Shown: piece after piece, positions 19,369 to 27,849 of the stretch | Position numbering within the stretch: position 1 is the first letter of the stretch | Layout of the letters: each line of letters begins with the position of its first letter | Origin: Burkholderiales bacterium | GTDB lineage: Bacteria > Pseudomonadota > Gammaproteobacteria > Burkholderiales > Burkholderiaceae_D | Length of the DNA: 64,000 bases | Assembly (NCBI GenBank): GCA_016177875.1 | Contig: JACOUL010000008.1 | Location: forward strand, 79,432 to 143,431 | Direction of reading: 5' to 3' | The notes under the pieces: model-generated | What the model saw: the letters and a program-made list of their open reading frames with translations, nothing else | Told to the model about the DNA's origin: nothing | Database searches by the model: none | Translations under genes and position numbers: made by a program

Positions 19369-21009
19369 ATGGGAGCGTGGGGAACCGGCATTCTGGATAA
19401 CGATACTGTTAGAGACGTAAGAGATCAGTACAGAGATCGGATAATTGCCGGTGACTCTGATGAAGGCGCAACAAACGAAATATTTCAGGAGTGGGGAAGC
19501 ATTTTCAATGAGGATGCGGACGGTGACGTATTGCTTGGGCTAACCTACGCCAAACTTGAAACCGGACGGCTAGATGCCGCCACAAAGGAAAAGGCAATTT
19601 CTTTTCTGGAAGGCGGCGGCGACCTCGATCTTTGGGACGAAAAGGCTAAAAAACGTAGAGCTGCGGTTCTTCAGAAATTTCTAGCAAAACTTCAAGCGGT
19701 CGATATTAAAAGCCAAAAGCCCAAAAAGCTTCGCGCACCATTTCTCGCGGAGTGTGATTGGCAAGAAGGGGAATACTTGGCATATCGCTTGTCTTCAGGC
19801 GAATATCTGGTTCTGGTGGTTATCTTGTTGGTCAATGATGTGTCTATGGGCACATTTCCATCCGTTGGCATAATCGGTAGAACTTTCTCCTCTATAGATT
19901 CTTTAGATGACATTGACTTGCTTCCATTGGCGCCTTGCTCACTTAGTCCAAGTGGAGTCGAGCGGTTTCACATCTATGAGGAGCGACATGATCGAATACC
20001 GCATGACCGGGTCGTTCGGCTAAACAAAAAAAGAAATATTACCGCCGATATGAAGTCGGGGACGCATGGTGGGACATTTTGGGTCTCTTTGGAAAAGTAC
20101 ATTCACCAATACAGATTTCCCGATACCCCTGGGGTAGTGAGCCTTGGTGATCGCTTTGCTCCGGATACCTTTGGAGGCGTTATCGGTGTCTTGCGCAACA
20201 CTCAGTTTTCTGTTGAAGCCAGAACTCAACATCCGCTTGCAGGCTTTCAACAAAAATCCGTTGGAATTAGTGATGGCAAAACACCGGGAGCGATATATCA
20301 AACAATGCTCGCGAATATGGCGCTTGGCCATTGGGACAAAAGTCTTAGTTTAATTAGTGAACTCAAGCAACTTCTGCCGAAGGAAAACATGCAGTTTGAT
20401 TTGGCGATACGCGAGGCACAAGCTAATTTGCAAAAAGGTCTTCCTTTAGATGAAATAGTCAAGAGTTTAGAAGCCTGGCAGAAAAATGAAAATGTCATCG
20501 GTTTAGGTATGTATGAGGTGCGGCTAAGTGCTCTCTATTTCATAAATGGTGATTTTCAAAAAGGTTTGGCCCTTCATAGGGCTGCAATCGACTTAGGAAA
20601 GCATGACAGCATGAAGTGGCTTGATCTCGCTTTAGCTGAAGCTCAGTATGGGGATCTCGCAGCGACTGAAGATTCTTTAAGCCATGTAGAGATCAATCAG
20701 GTTGCAAATTTCGCGTTGCCATTTCTGAGTTGGGCAAGGGGTATTGTTGCATTTGGAAAGGGACAACACGCAGTCGCTTCAATGTACTTCCTTAATGCCA
20801 TAGGTCCGATATTGGCGCGTCGAACAAATCCCACAATTTGGAGTTTATTAGCGCTAATTTCTGGTTGGAGTGCACTCACATTAAAGGCGCAAGGACTAGG
20901 CGACGAAGCTAAAGCACTTACCCAAGCTGTATGGCCGGTATTAAAAGTACAGGGTTCGAAGAAATTGTTGGCATCGTTGAGCGAGGGCCAATTGACCGGA
21001 ATTATGTAG
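19369..21009 (+). CDS. Large hypothetical protein with DUF4259-like N-terminus and helical C-terminal region
   Basis: N-terminus MGAWGTGILDNDTVRDV is characteristic of DUF4259 proteins. The remaining ~430 aa are helical-repeat-like. Confidence 0.5.
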   Translation: MGAWGTGILDNDTVRDVRDQYRDRIIAGDSDEGATNEIFQEWGSIFNEDADGDVLLGLTYAKLETGRLDAATKEKAISFLEGGGDLDLWDEKAKKRRAAVLQKFLAKLQAVDIKSQKPKKLRAPFLAECDWQEGEYLAYRLSSGEYLVLVVILLVNDVSMGTFPSVGIIGRTFSSIDSLDDIDLLPLAPCSLSPSGVERFHIYEERHDRIPHDRVVRLNKKRNITADMKSGTHGGTFWVSLEKYIHQYRFPDTPGVVSLGDRFAPDTFGGVIGVLRNTQFSVEARTQHPLAGFQQKSVGISDGKTPGAIYQTMLANMALGHWDKSLSLISELKQLLPKENMQFDLAIREAQANLQKGLPLDEIVKSLEAWQKNENVIGLGMYEVRLSALYFINGDFQKGLALHRAAIDLGKHDSMKWLDLALAEAQYGDLAATEDSLSHVEINQVANFALPFLSWARGIVAFGKGQHAVASMYFLNAIGPILARRTNPTIWSLLALISGWSALTLKAQGLGDEAKALTQAVWPVLKVQGSKKLLASLSEGQLTGIM

Positions 21010-21061
21010 CAGCCGCACAAAGCGTTTTATATCAATAGCTTACTGAGTTTTTCCGCATAGC

Positions 21062-21101
21062 CAATCAGTTGGAGGAAAAATTCGCAAATTCTCAAAACTT
21101 C
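21062..21101. terminator. Imperfect hairpin between convergent genes (candidate bidirectional terminator)
   Basis: GTTGGAGGAA...TTCCTCTAAC 10-bp stem (1 mismatch) with ~20-nt loop. Confidence 0.25.
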
Positions 21102-21103
21102 CT

Positions 21104-21628
21104 CTAACTATTTTCCGCAAGCACCGGCTTCCATCCGTTTGCAGTAGCGTGCGCGTAGCAATGCCTCAATGCATGCGCATCATGCAACGCATGATGCTTC
21201 GGCCGCGCAGGGCCGAAATAGCCATCCATCACTTTCTGTAATGCCGGCTGCCAATCGTCGCCCATCGACCATGTAGTGAACTGGATTGGCCAAGCATCCA
21301 AGTTCGCCGGCCACGGCGTCAACAATCGCTTTAGCTGGCCGAAGAAATCGGCGTCAGGGCAGTCGGTAACGATTACGGCCATTTCGGGAAGTTCGTTAAT
21401 CCATGCCGTCAGCTTTTCTCGTGTGACGACCTCGGACTGGACGTATTCGCCTCGCCATAGATGCCGTACCACGTTGAAATGCACCCACTCGTTGCATTGA
21501 ACCGTCCAGTGTTCTTCGGGCAGCTCCGCGTAGAATTCGCGGCCGTCTTCGTTAACCAGGGCAATCGAAATCAAATCAGGCTTGGCCTGATTGATGCCTG
21601 TGAATTCCGTGTCCAGGAACAGTAGCAA
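21104..21628 (-). CDS. DEDDh 3'-5' exonuclease, Rv2179c-like family (paralog 2)
   Basis: LLLFLDTEFTGI...DLISIALVNEDGREFYAE...HHALHDAHAL: Exo I (D-x-E) and Exo III (H-x4-D) motifs with the Rv2179c-like N-terminal block. Start proposed at TTG 6 nt after the upstream ORF's stop. The ATG-extended ORF at 21772 would overlap the upstream ORF by 139 nt. Confidence 0.6.
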   Translation of the reverse strand: MLLFLDTEFTGINQAKPDLISIALVNEDGREFYAELPEEHWTVQCNEWVHFNVVRHLWRGEYVQSEVVTREKLTAWINELPEMAVIVTDCPDADFFGQLKRLLTPWPANLDAWPIQFTTWSMGDDWQPALQKVMDGYFGPARPKHHALHDAHALRHCYAHATANGWKPVLAENS

Positions 21629-21633
21629 TTGAA

Positions 21634-21912
21634 TTATCCGACCGCCGGTGGTGCTTCGGTGATCTCGTACATTTGCAGAATTTCGTGGCGGGCCAAGTGG
21701 CGCAAATTCGCTTCGTTCGCCAGGATACTCTTCTCCTGGTCGACTTGCGTTTCCAAGAGATCGAGATAGCAATCGGCGTCGATCATCGCCTTGACGCGAT
21801 CCGGCCAGCCAAGCATCCAGCGGTTTGCGATGGAAACTGCCATAGCGCCCATCGATTCGATTCTAGCCGCCACTTCGGTGGGGTAATTTGCTCGGTAGGT
21901 CAAATCTTCCAT
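21634..21912 (-). CDS. Small hypothetical protein upstream of exonuclease paralog 2 (possible partner/antitoxin)
   Basis: 92-aa ORF. Its stop lies 6 nt before the exonuclease TTG. No recognisable motif; not VbhA-like. Confidence 0.4.
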   Translation of the reverse strand: MEDLTYRANYPTEVAARIESMGAMAVSIANRWMLGWPDRVKAMIDADCYLDLLETQVDQEKSILANEANLRHLARHEILQMYEITEAPPAVG

Positions 21913-21952
21913 GTTATCGCTCGTTATTCAATTTAAAGGAATCTGACTACGT

Positions 21953-22411
21953 TTAAGACGCGGGCGTAAAGCCGAACTTGTTGGCTAAACTATCGTAGAG
22001 CGCATGATGTTGGCGCCCGCTCGCACAGTTCTCAATGTACCAAGTGAACTTGGCTTGATCAATTTGGTTGCGGATATCGCGCGTGGCTAACCATGCCGGC
22101 AGATCGCCAATCAAGTCGCGCAACAATGTGATATCCCTTGCCAAGTCATAGCAAAGAACTGGCGTTTCATCGGCAAACTGAAGCAGCCAGCCATTTACTT
22201 TTTGCGCCAACTCGCTTTTCGTAAATACGGAGTCGGCCTTTTGTCCGAGCTGAGGCAATACCGTGCTCTTGACGAAGGCGCTGCATCGATCAACCGAGTA
22301 ATCGTTTCGCTCGCCGTAAAACTGGCGCCCGTCTTCGCTCACCAGTCCGATGGAGATGAGTTCGGAAGGCGAGTCGAAGTCGGTGAATTCGGTATCGATG
22401 AAAATGTTCAT
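21953..22411 (-). CDS. DEDDh 3'-5' exonuclease, Rv2179c-like family (paralog 1)
   Basis: MNIFIDTEFTDFDSPSELISIGLVSEDGRQFYGE...HHALYDSLAN parallels the Rv2179c N-terminus (..FYDTEF...ELISIGVV.EDGREYYA) and has the Exo III H-x4-D motif. Its ATG overlaps the upstream TGA (ATGA). Confidence 0.7.
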   Translation of the reverse strand: MNIFIDTEFTDFDSPSELISIGLVSEDGRQFYGERNDYSVDRCSAFVKSTVLPQLGQKADSVFTKSELAQKVNGWLLQFADETPVLCYDLARDITLLRDLIGDLPAWLATRDIRNQIDQAKFTWYIENCASGRQHHALYDSLANKFGFTPAS

Positions 22412-22590
22412 TTCAATCCAAAAACTTGATCTGTCACTTCGCGAACCTCTGCGATTGTGAGTTCGCCTTTGATATACCGATCCAGTAATGTACGAAAATC
22501 CGGCTCCGGCTCAAAGCCTTCGAGCGCGGCGCTCGCCAAGGTTTGCTCAACGAATTTTTTACGATCTTCTTCGGAAGTTTCCACACTCAT
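22408..22590 (-). CDS. VbhA-family antitoxin-like small protein (class I Fic antitoxin fold) without a Fic partner
   Basis: MSVETSEEDRKKFVEQTLASAALEGFEPEPDFRTLLDRYIKGELTIAEV carries the (S/T)xxxE(G/N) inhibitory motif (SAALEG) and the EP.P / GE-T/I VbhA-family pattern. AGGTGA RBS. The ORF-track start is an upstream TTG. Confidence 0.65.
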   Translation of the reverse strand: MSVETSEEDRKKFVEQTLASAALEGFEPEPDFRTLLDRYIKGELTIAEVREVTDQVFGLK

Positions 22591-22646
22591 ATTTTCACCT
22601 ATGCGCAGTGTTATAGGCGCCAATGTCAGTTTATGCCGGCTGCCGG

Positions 22647-25600
22647 TTATGCCGCAAGCTTGCCTGATTTGATCGGAGGATGATTGATCCGCTCAAATAG
22701 CGTTTCAAGCTTATCCGAAATCTCCTGCCTGGTCTCCTTGATTTCCGCCAGCAGGCCAGCTACTCGCTGTTCCTCCTTGACGAGTAAGGCAAGCGCTTTT
22801 TCTGCCAATTCCGGTGTTTCTGGAATCAGGGGCTTTGCCTGTTCTATCTCACCAAGCGTTGTCCCTTCCGGGAAGGTCTGGAACTGCCGGCGCAGCCATT
22901 CAATTGCCAGTTCCGGCTCAGAGGGAGCGATTTGCGCAACTTCCTGCTTGCCCGAGAATAGCCGATGACCACTGCGTACCAGCTTATGCACTTTCGCACT
23001 CGGCATAGAAATATGCAGCCCCCATTTGACACGAGCACGATCAATCGAAAGCCCTGGAATGTTCGCCGGGATATTCGCTGGCGCTTGCGCCATGCTGTCA
23101 TCAATTCTCCAGCCTGCTTTGCGCAGTGGCAGAAGCATCTTTTGAATGCCACTGGCCCGTTGCGCAAGTTGCGCAATAGCCGCCATGACTGCCGGATCGT
23201 CTGGAATGGGAATCGAAATCTGCCGAAGATCGTCTGGCTGCAAGCGTCCGGCGATGGCGCTGCGGTTGACGCCATCCAGCAAGGCGCGCATCTGCTGGCT
23301 ATTCAGGAACGCCAGCACATACCAAGGATCGATCTTGGCCGAATCTGTTTCCAGCATCTCGCGAATCGGTGCGCGATGATCGAGTTGGTTGCGAATCGAC
23401 TTGTTATCTACGCCTGCGAGATGACACCAGCGCATCAACAAAAACACGGAATGATTGCACTTTAAGAATCCGCCATCGTCCCAAGTGCCATCGTCATAGG
23501 CAAAGCCGCCGAATTCCGCGACCATCAGCTTGGGGCGGTCGTACAATTCGGGGAAGGTCGGACGCCTGACTTGTGCCGGTACTCGCGTTCCAGACCCGTA
23601 TTCCAGGTAGCGTACATTGATGATGCCGAAATAATCGACATCCTTGCTTCCAGCAAATGGCGCTGGATGCGCTGAATCCATTTGATCGGCTATCAGATCA
23701 TCAATCGTAAAGGCTCCTTTATTGGTTTTTTCATTCGCGTTGAGAACCATGCCTACGGAAATGTAAAAAATGTCCTCTAATGGGATCGCCTTCACGTTAT
23801 GCGCCAATGTCAGCGTCGGCAATTCCTGCCTAAATACGCTAGTCTTGTAATGCGATTGCCGCAGGTTCTGGCTGCGAGCGTGCGACAGGCTGCCCCACTT
23901 GGGCGCGGTCTCGTGCCAGAAGCGTTCCGTATGCGTGTGGCCAGTCGGCGGTCGGTTCGTGGCAACAGTAATGGTGTTTTGCACCATCGCGTCTTCAAAC
24001 AGTTTCACGCCGGGGAAGAAATGCACTTCATCGACTGTGGCGCGATTGACGAATAATTCACGCAAGCCATCGCAATAGGGCACGGTCTCGATGGCATTGC
24101 TGGTGATGATTGCCATTTTTCCCGCCTTGCCATGTTCGGATTCCTGCTTGAGCAGGTTGAGACTGGCCGCAACGAACGGCACGAACAAATCCCACTTGAG
24201 AACCATTGTGCTGCGCACGGCTTCGCTCGGATATTCCCGCTTGATGCGGTCACGATAGGAAAGCATCGCGTCGCTTTCGTTCGCCTTGACATAAGGCGGA
24301 TTGCCGACGACGAAATCGAATTTGTCCCTCCATTGCCCGATACCCGCCTTGATTTGATCTTCCTTCGGTAAATCTTCATCGGGGAATGGCAATGTCCCGG
24401 CCTGGCTTGCCAGCGTATCGGCGCTGAACGACAGGCTATCGGAGTTATAGATATGGAAGCGTTCGATCGTCGCTGGCTGATCGCCCTTGTGCGCAATGCT
24501 GAACAGGTCAATCACCTGAATCAGCAAGTTGGTTTCCGCCAATGAGCATGCGAAGGGGTTCAGATCGACGCCATGCAGACAATCCCTGATTTCATTCAGA
24601 ACGGTTTGCACTTCCTCGGCTGGCACGTGGCTATGCCCGCGCCCACGCCAGTATTCCCGATAGGCGCTGACCAGGCGGGTTGCCGCTTCGACGAGGAAGC
24701 CGCCAGAGCCGCACGACAGGTCAATCAGCTTCTTGCCGATGATGTCCGTTCCCTTATAGCCGATACGATCTAGCATAAAGGAGACAACATCAGGCGACGT
24801 GAAGTACATCCCGCTTTCATGCTTATGCTTGGCTTCGACGTACTGGTTATAGACGGTGCCAATGATGTCTCGGTTGATGTTGCTGAGATCGAAACCGGCA
24901 AGCTTATGTAATACCCGTACTACCGCATTCCGGTCAGGAATATACCAATCCAGGACGGTGCGCTCTGCGAAGAAATGCGCGTAGATGTGTTGTGCGGAGG
25001 TATACGCCAATTCAAGCAGGAAGTCGGCGCTGCGGCCCATTGCATGCTCCAGGTAGTGCGATTCCACTTGCCTGAACCAAAGCGACACGCCGCCGTTGGT
25101 GAACATCCGGTTGACCAGCCCCTTGTCTTCCATGATGCGCACCAGGAGGATACGGATGATGACCAGGTACGCCGTCTGCGCCAGGAATTCACGCCGCAAC
25201 AATTTGGCGTCGTCGGACTGAAACACGAGAGAAGCAGTCTTCTCTTTCCAAGTCTCGATATGGTGATAGACCTTGATACTCGCCTTGTGTTGCGCCTCCA
25301 GCTTGGTGAGATAACGGTAGCGCTTTTCCGTATAAGCACGAATCCGACTAATTAGAACGTAAATAGGGTCGCGGTCTGTGCCTTTCCCGGATTTGATCGC
25401 ATGCAGGGCATAGAGACGCCGCTCAATCTGCTTTAACTCGCCCATCAAGACATCGCCGTGCATGATTTTGCGCAGCAAGCCTTCATCGTATTCCTTGGTC
25501 TCTTTATCGGCAGCCACCATCAATTGCATGGCGGTTTGAATGAGATTGTCTTCCTGTTCTTGGAGCGTCGTGTTCTCAGTTGGTATCTTCTTCGAAGCAT

Positions 25601-26282
25601 CCTTGTACGCATTGAAATCCGTCTCGACTGCGGCAAGCTGTGCGTCGGCATCATCCTCGAATTCCGAAATCAGTTCCTTGATGGCTTCGGTAAGCTGATC
25701 GGCGTTGTCATGGGTGACGGGGACGATGCGCAGGCGGCAGTATGTGTTTGTCCACGTCTTACCGTTTGGCTTGTGAGGCTTGTTATTCCCAGTCTCATTT
25801 TGAAGCGTCAAATCGTCGATGAGATTGCGTAGGCTTGCAAAGCTGCCGCGCTGGAAGCGGCGCCACAGCGCAGAGAATCGCGCAATGAAGCCACATGCAT
25901 CCAGGGCGTCGATCTTGGATTTTCCGCTGGCGAGTATATCGCCGCCCGTCCATGCATGAACCGCCTGCGCCAAGGGAATTTCGATTGCGGGCGTGTGCAG
26001 ACCGCCTTCCATTTGGTCATAAACTAGAATCGCATGGCCGTTGACGAGCATGCCGCGTGAGGCGCCGAATTGCGTCATGTAGCCTTGCAGTTGCGGACGG
26101 TGATGACGAAGGTCTAGGGCGGCCGTATTTTTATCTTCGACGATAAAGCATGCCTGGCGCGGGTATTCATCTATCTTGATGACGAAATCGGGGCGCTGCC
26201 GACCGGCTTGGGCATTGTATTCGTATTCTTGCTTGCTGTAGCCGAGCGCTTCAATCAGTAAAGCCGTGATGCGCATGTCCAC
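22647..26282 (-). CDS. Type IIG restriction-modification fusion enzyme (MmeI-like: N-terminal PD-ExK endonuclease + gamma-class N6-adenine methyltransferase + target-recognition domain)
   Basis: N-terminus RPDFVIKIDEYPRQACFIVEDK (D...ExK). Methyltransferase motif I DLSCGSGGFLVEA. Motif IV VVGNPPYV. ~400-aa C-terminal region. No helicase motifs and no brx/pgl neighbours. Start is GTG 26282 or ATG 26276; an in-frame TGA lies just upstream. Confidence 0.75.
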   Translation of the reverse strand: MDMRITALLIEALGYSKQEYEYNAQAGRQRPDFVIKIDEYPRQACFIVEDKNTAALDLRHHRPQLQGYMTQFGASRGMLVNGHAILVYDQMEGGLHTPAIEIPLAQAVHAWTGGDILASGKSKIDALDACGFIARFSALWRRFQRGSFASLRNLIDDLTLQNETGNNKPHKPNGKTWTNTYCRLRIVPVTHDNADQLTEAIKELISEFEDDADAQLAAVETDFNAYKDASKKIPTENTTLQEQEDNLIQTAMQLMVAADKETKEYDEGLLRKIMHGDVLMGELKQIERRLYALHAIKSGKGTDRDPIYVLISRIRAYTEKRYRYLTKLEAQHKASIKVYHHIETWKEKTASLVFQSDDAKLLRREFLAQTAYLVIIRILLVRIMEDKGLVNRMFTNGGVSLWFRQVESHYLEHAMGRSADFLLELAYTSAQHIYAHFFAERTVLDWYIPDRNAVVRVLHKLAGFDLSNINRDIIGTVYNQYVEAKHKHESGMYFTSPDVVSFMLDRIGYKGTDIIGKKLIDLSCGSGGFLVEAATRLVSAYREYWRGRGHSHVPAEEVQTVLNEIRDCLHGVDLNPFACSLAETNLLIQVIDLFSIAHKGDQPATIERFHIYNSDSLSFSADTLASQAGTLPFPDEDLPKEDQIKAGIGQWRDKFDFVVGNPPYVKANESDAMLSYRDRIKREYPSEAVRSTMVLKWDLFVPFVAASLNLLKQESEHGKAGKMAIITSNAIETVPYCDGLRELFVNRATVDEVHFFPGVKLFEDAMVQNTITVATNRPPTGHTHTERFWHETAPKWGSLSHARSQNLRQSHYKTSVFRQELPTLTLAHNVKAIPLEDIFYISVGMVLNANEKTNKGAFTIDDLIADQMDSAHPAPFAGSKDVDYFGIINVRYLEYGSGTRVPAQVRRPTFPELYDRPKLMVAEFGGFAYDDGTWDDGGFLKCNHSVFLLMRWCHLAGVDNKSIRNQLDHRAPIREMLETDSAKIDPWYVLAFLNSQQMRALLDGVNRSAIAGRLQPDDLRQISIPIPDDPAVMAAIAQLAQRASGIQKMLLPLRKAGWRIDDSMAQAPANIPANIPGLSIDRARVKWGLHISMPSAKVHKLVRSGHRLFSGKQEVAQIAPSEPELAIEWLRRQFQTFPEGTTLGEIEQAKPLIPETPELAEKALALLVKEEQRVAGLLAEIKETRQEISDKLETLFERINHPPIKSGKLAA

Positions 26283-26623
26283 GATACTGGCTTCATCGCC
26301 CGTTCGCTGTTCGGGCGGCGTGGAGAGATAGGCGTTTAGATTTCCCTCAGTGCTAAAGCTCGGGCTGGCGAGATGGCCCAGGAAGCGGTCGAGGAACTTT
26401 TCAAATGACGCATCTGTCGAAGGCTGCTGGCTGCTGGCTCATGCTATCGCCGCTCTCATTTTTATCCATCAGTTTTCCTCTAAGCGATTCATTTTTTGCT
26501 GAGCATCTTCATGCCATCCGGGAAGGGCACGAAGCTCGGCGCGTTCTTCTTTAATGAATTTGGGTTGGATAGTAAGACTTTTGCTGCAACTTCAAATTTG
26601 ATTTTGAGCCGCAGAATTTTCCG

Positions 26624-27217
26624 TTATCGAGAAGGCCCAATATCTTTAGATTGATTCAGTGACAGGACTTTGCCATCACCATCCCCGTTATAAGTAATTT
26701 CAACACTGGCGCCAACCGCCGGAATGCAATCCAACTTGCCTACATGATGCGCGACTAATTTTCCTCTTCCCGTATCTTGTAAGACGCGATCAGGCGTTGT
26801 CGCACTGACGATCTTCCCAATATAGGTACGGCCTGGTTGTGCCTCTGGAATGGCCTCATCCTGCATTGCCTGTTCGCTTTGCAAAGCGGGCAGTTGCTTC
26901 AATAAGTCAGGCAGCGCTTTTTGCACTGTGTCCCATACCACATCAAGATTGATATCGAAATATCCATGAGCGATACGGTTGCGCATGCCGCGCATGCTAC
27001 GCCAGGGTACTTCTGCGTGTTGATTGGCAAATTCGGCATACTCTCCCATCACCTTGGTCGCGGCCTCGCCAATGATGATAAGACTCATGACCACGGCTTG
27101 TTGCGTCCGCTTGTCGGCCATGAATTCGCTTTTACTCAGGCCGGCAACGAAGCTGCACGCATCCGATGCGGCTTGCTGCATGTGGTCGATATAGTCGGGA
27201 AGGCGGTTCTCGCTCAT
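26624..27217 (-). CDS. hepT: HepT-like (DUF86) RNase toxin with ~70-aa C-terminal extension
   Basis: R-x4-H-x-Y motif (RNRIAHGYF) inside a HepT-like N-terminal ~120 aa. The extra C-terminal segment (TYIGKIVSATTPDRVLQDTGRGKLVAHH...) is of unknown family. Overlaps mntA by 4 nt. Confidence 0.7.
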   Translation of the reverse strand: MSENRLPDYIDHMQQAASDACSFVAGLSKSEFMADKRTQQAVVMSLIIIGEAATKVMGEYAEFANQHAEVPWRSMRGMRNRIAHGYFDINLDVVWDTVQKALPDLLKQLPALQSEQAMQDEAIPEAQPGRTYIGKIVSATTPDRVLQDTGRGKLVAHHVGKLDCIPAVGASVEITYNGDGDGKVLSLNQSKDIGPSR

Positions 27218-27504
27218 ACCGGCTTTGCTTCTGCAAGCACCTTGGCCCGAAATTTCGCTGGCAAGTCTGCCGGCGTTAAAAGATCAACGTGGACGCCAAG
27301 CAAATCTTCGAGTTCGGCTTGCAAACCACCCAAATCGAACAAGGTTGCGCCAGGAAGGGCATCTACGAGAATATCCAGATCGCTATTGTCGCCATCTGTG
27401 CCGTGCAATGCTGATCCAAAGACACGCGGATTGACGGCCCGATAGCGTGCAGTAACGGCTCGAATGGCCTCACGCTTTTTTTCCAGAATGATGGATGGTC
27501 TCAT
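27214..27504 (-). CDS. mntA: MntA-type nucleotidyltransferase antitoxin
   Basis: GSALHGTDGDNSDLDILV: minimal nucleotidyltransferase G-S-x9-13-D-x-D motif. Classic MntA-HepT pairing. Confidence 0.75.
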   Translation of the reverse strand: MRPSIILEKKREAIRAVTARYRAVNPRVFGSALHGTDGDNSDLDILVDALPGATLFDLGGLQAELEDLLGVHVDLLTPADLPAKFRAKVLAEAKPV

Positions 27505-27528
27505 ACGCTTTCCATGTCGGTTCCGGTA

Positions 27529-27822
27529 TCAGGAGTTTTGCTGCAATTCCAAATCGGTTTTGGATCCGCCGAACTTCCCTTTCGCCGCGCCGCCACGCGG
27601 CTTGCTTGCTTCGAATTCAATTCGGCTGAGCGTTGCGCGAAAATCGAGGCCAGCCTCTGCCATATCGCCCATCAGCGCGGCGACAATCGCCAGATGAGGC
27701 GGCACCTCTCCCTGCGTGGAGTAGTTCGTGATGGAGTTGGGCGTTTGCTTGATCAGGTCGGCAAAGGCTTTGATGGTCAATCCCGCCTTGCCAAGCTGAC
27801 GCCGAAATTCTTCATAGGTCAT
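27529..27822 (-). CDS. Small HTH DNA-binding protein upstream of mntA-hepT
   Basis: XRE-like HTH (LGKAGLTIKAFADLIKQTPNSITNY) and a lysine/glycine-rich tail. 24-nt gap to mntA on the same strand. Confidence 0.5.
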   Translation of the reverse strand: MTYEEFRRQLGKAGLTIKAFADLIKQTPNSITNYSTQGEVPPHLAIVAALMGDMAEAGLDFRATLSRIEFEASKPRGGAAKGKFGGSKTDLELQQNS

Positions 27823-27849
27823 ATCTTCATCATATCAGCTGGATGGAGA

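Noticed and set aside
21104-21772. ATG-extended 222-aa version of exonuclease paralog 2
   Set aside because: The extension (MLSRSLGNASRPGEEYPG...) is low-complexity and overlaps the 92-aa upstream ORF by 139 nt in another frame. Paralog 1 begins right at the DTEF motif, so a TTG start just before LLLFLDTEF is more parsimonious.
22647-26282. Possibility that the 1211-aa methyltransferase is BREX PglX or DISARM DrmMI
   Set aside because: It has an N-terminal PD-ExK nuclease-like segment. No brxA/B/C, pglZ, brxL or drm genes are nearby. A stand-alone MmeI-like Type IIG enzyme fits better.
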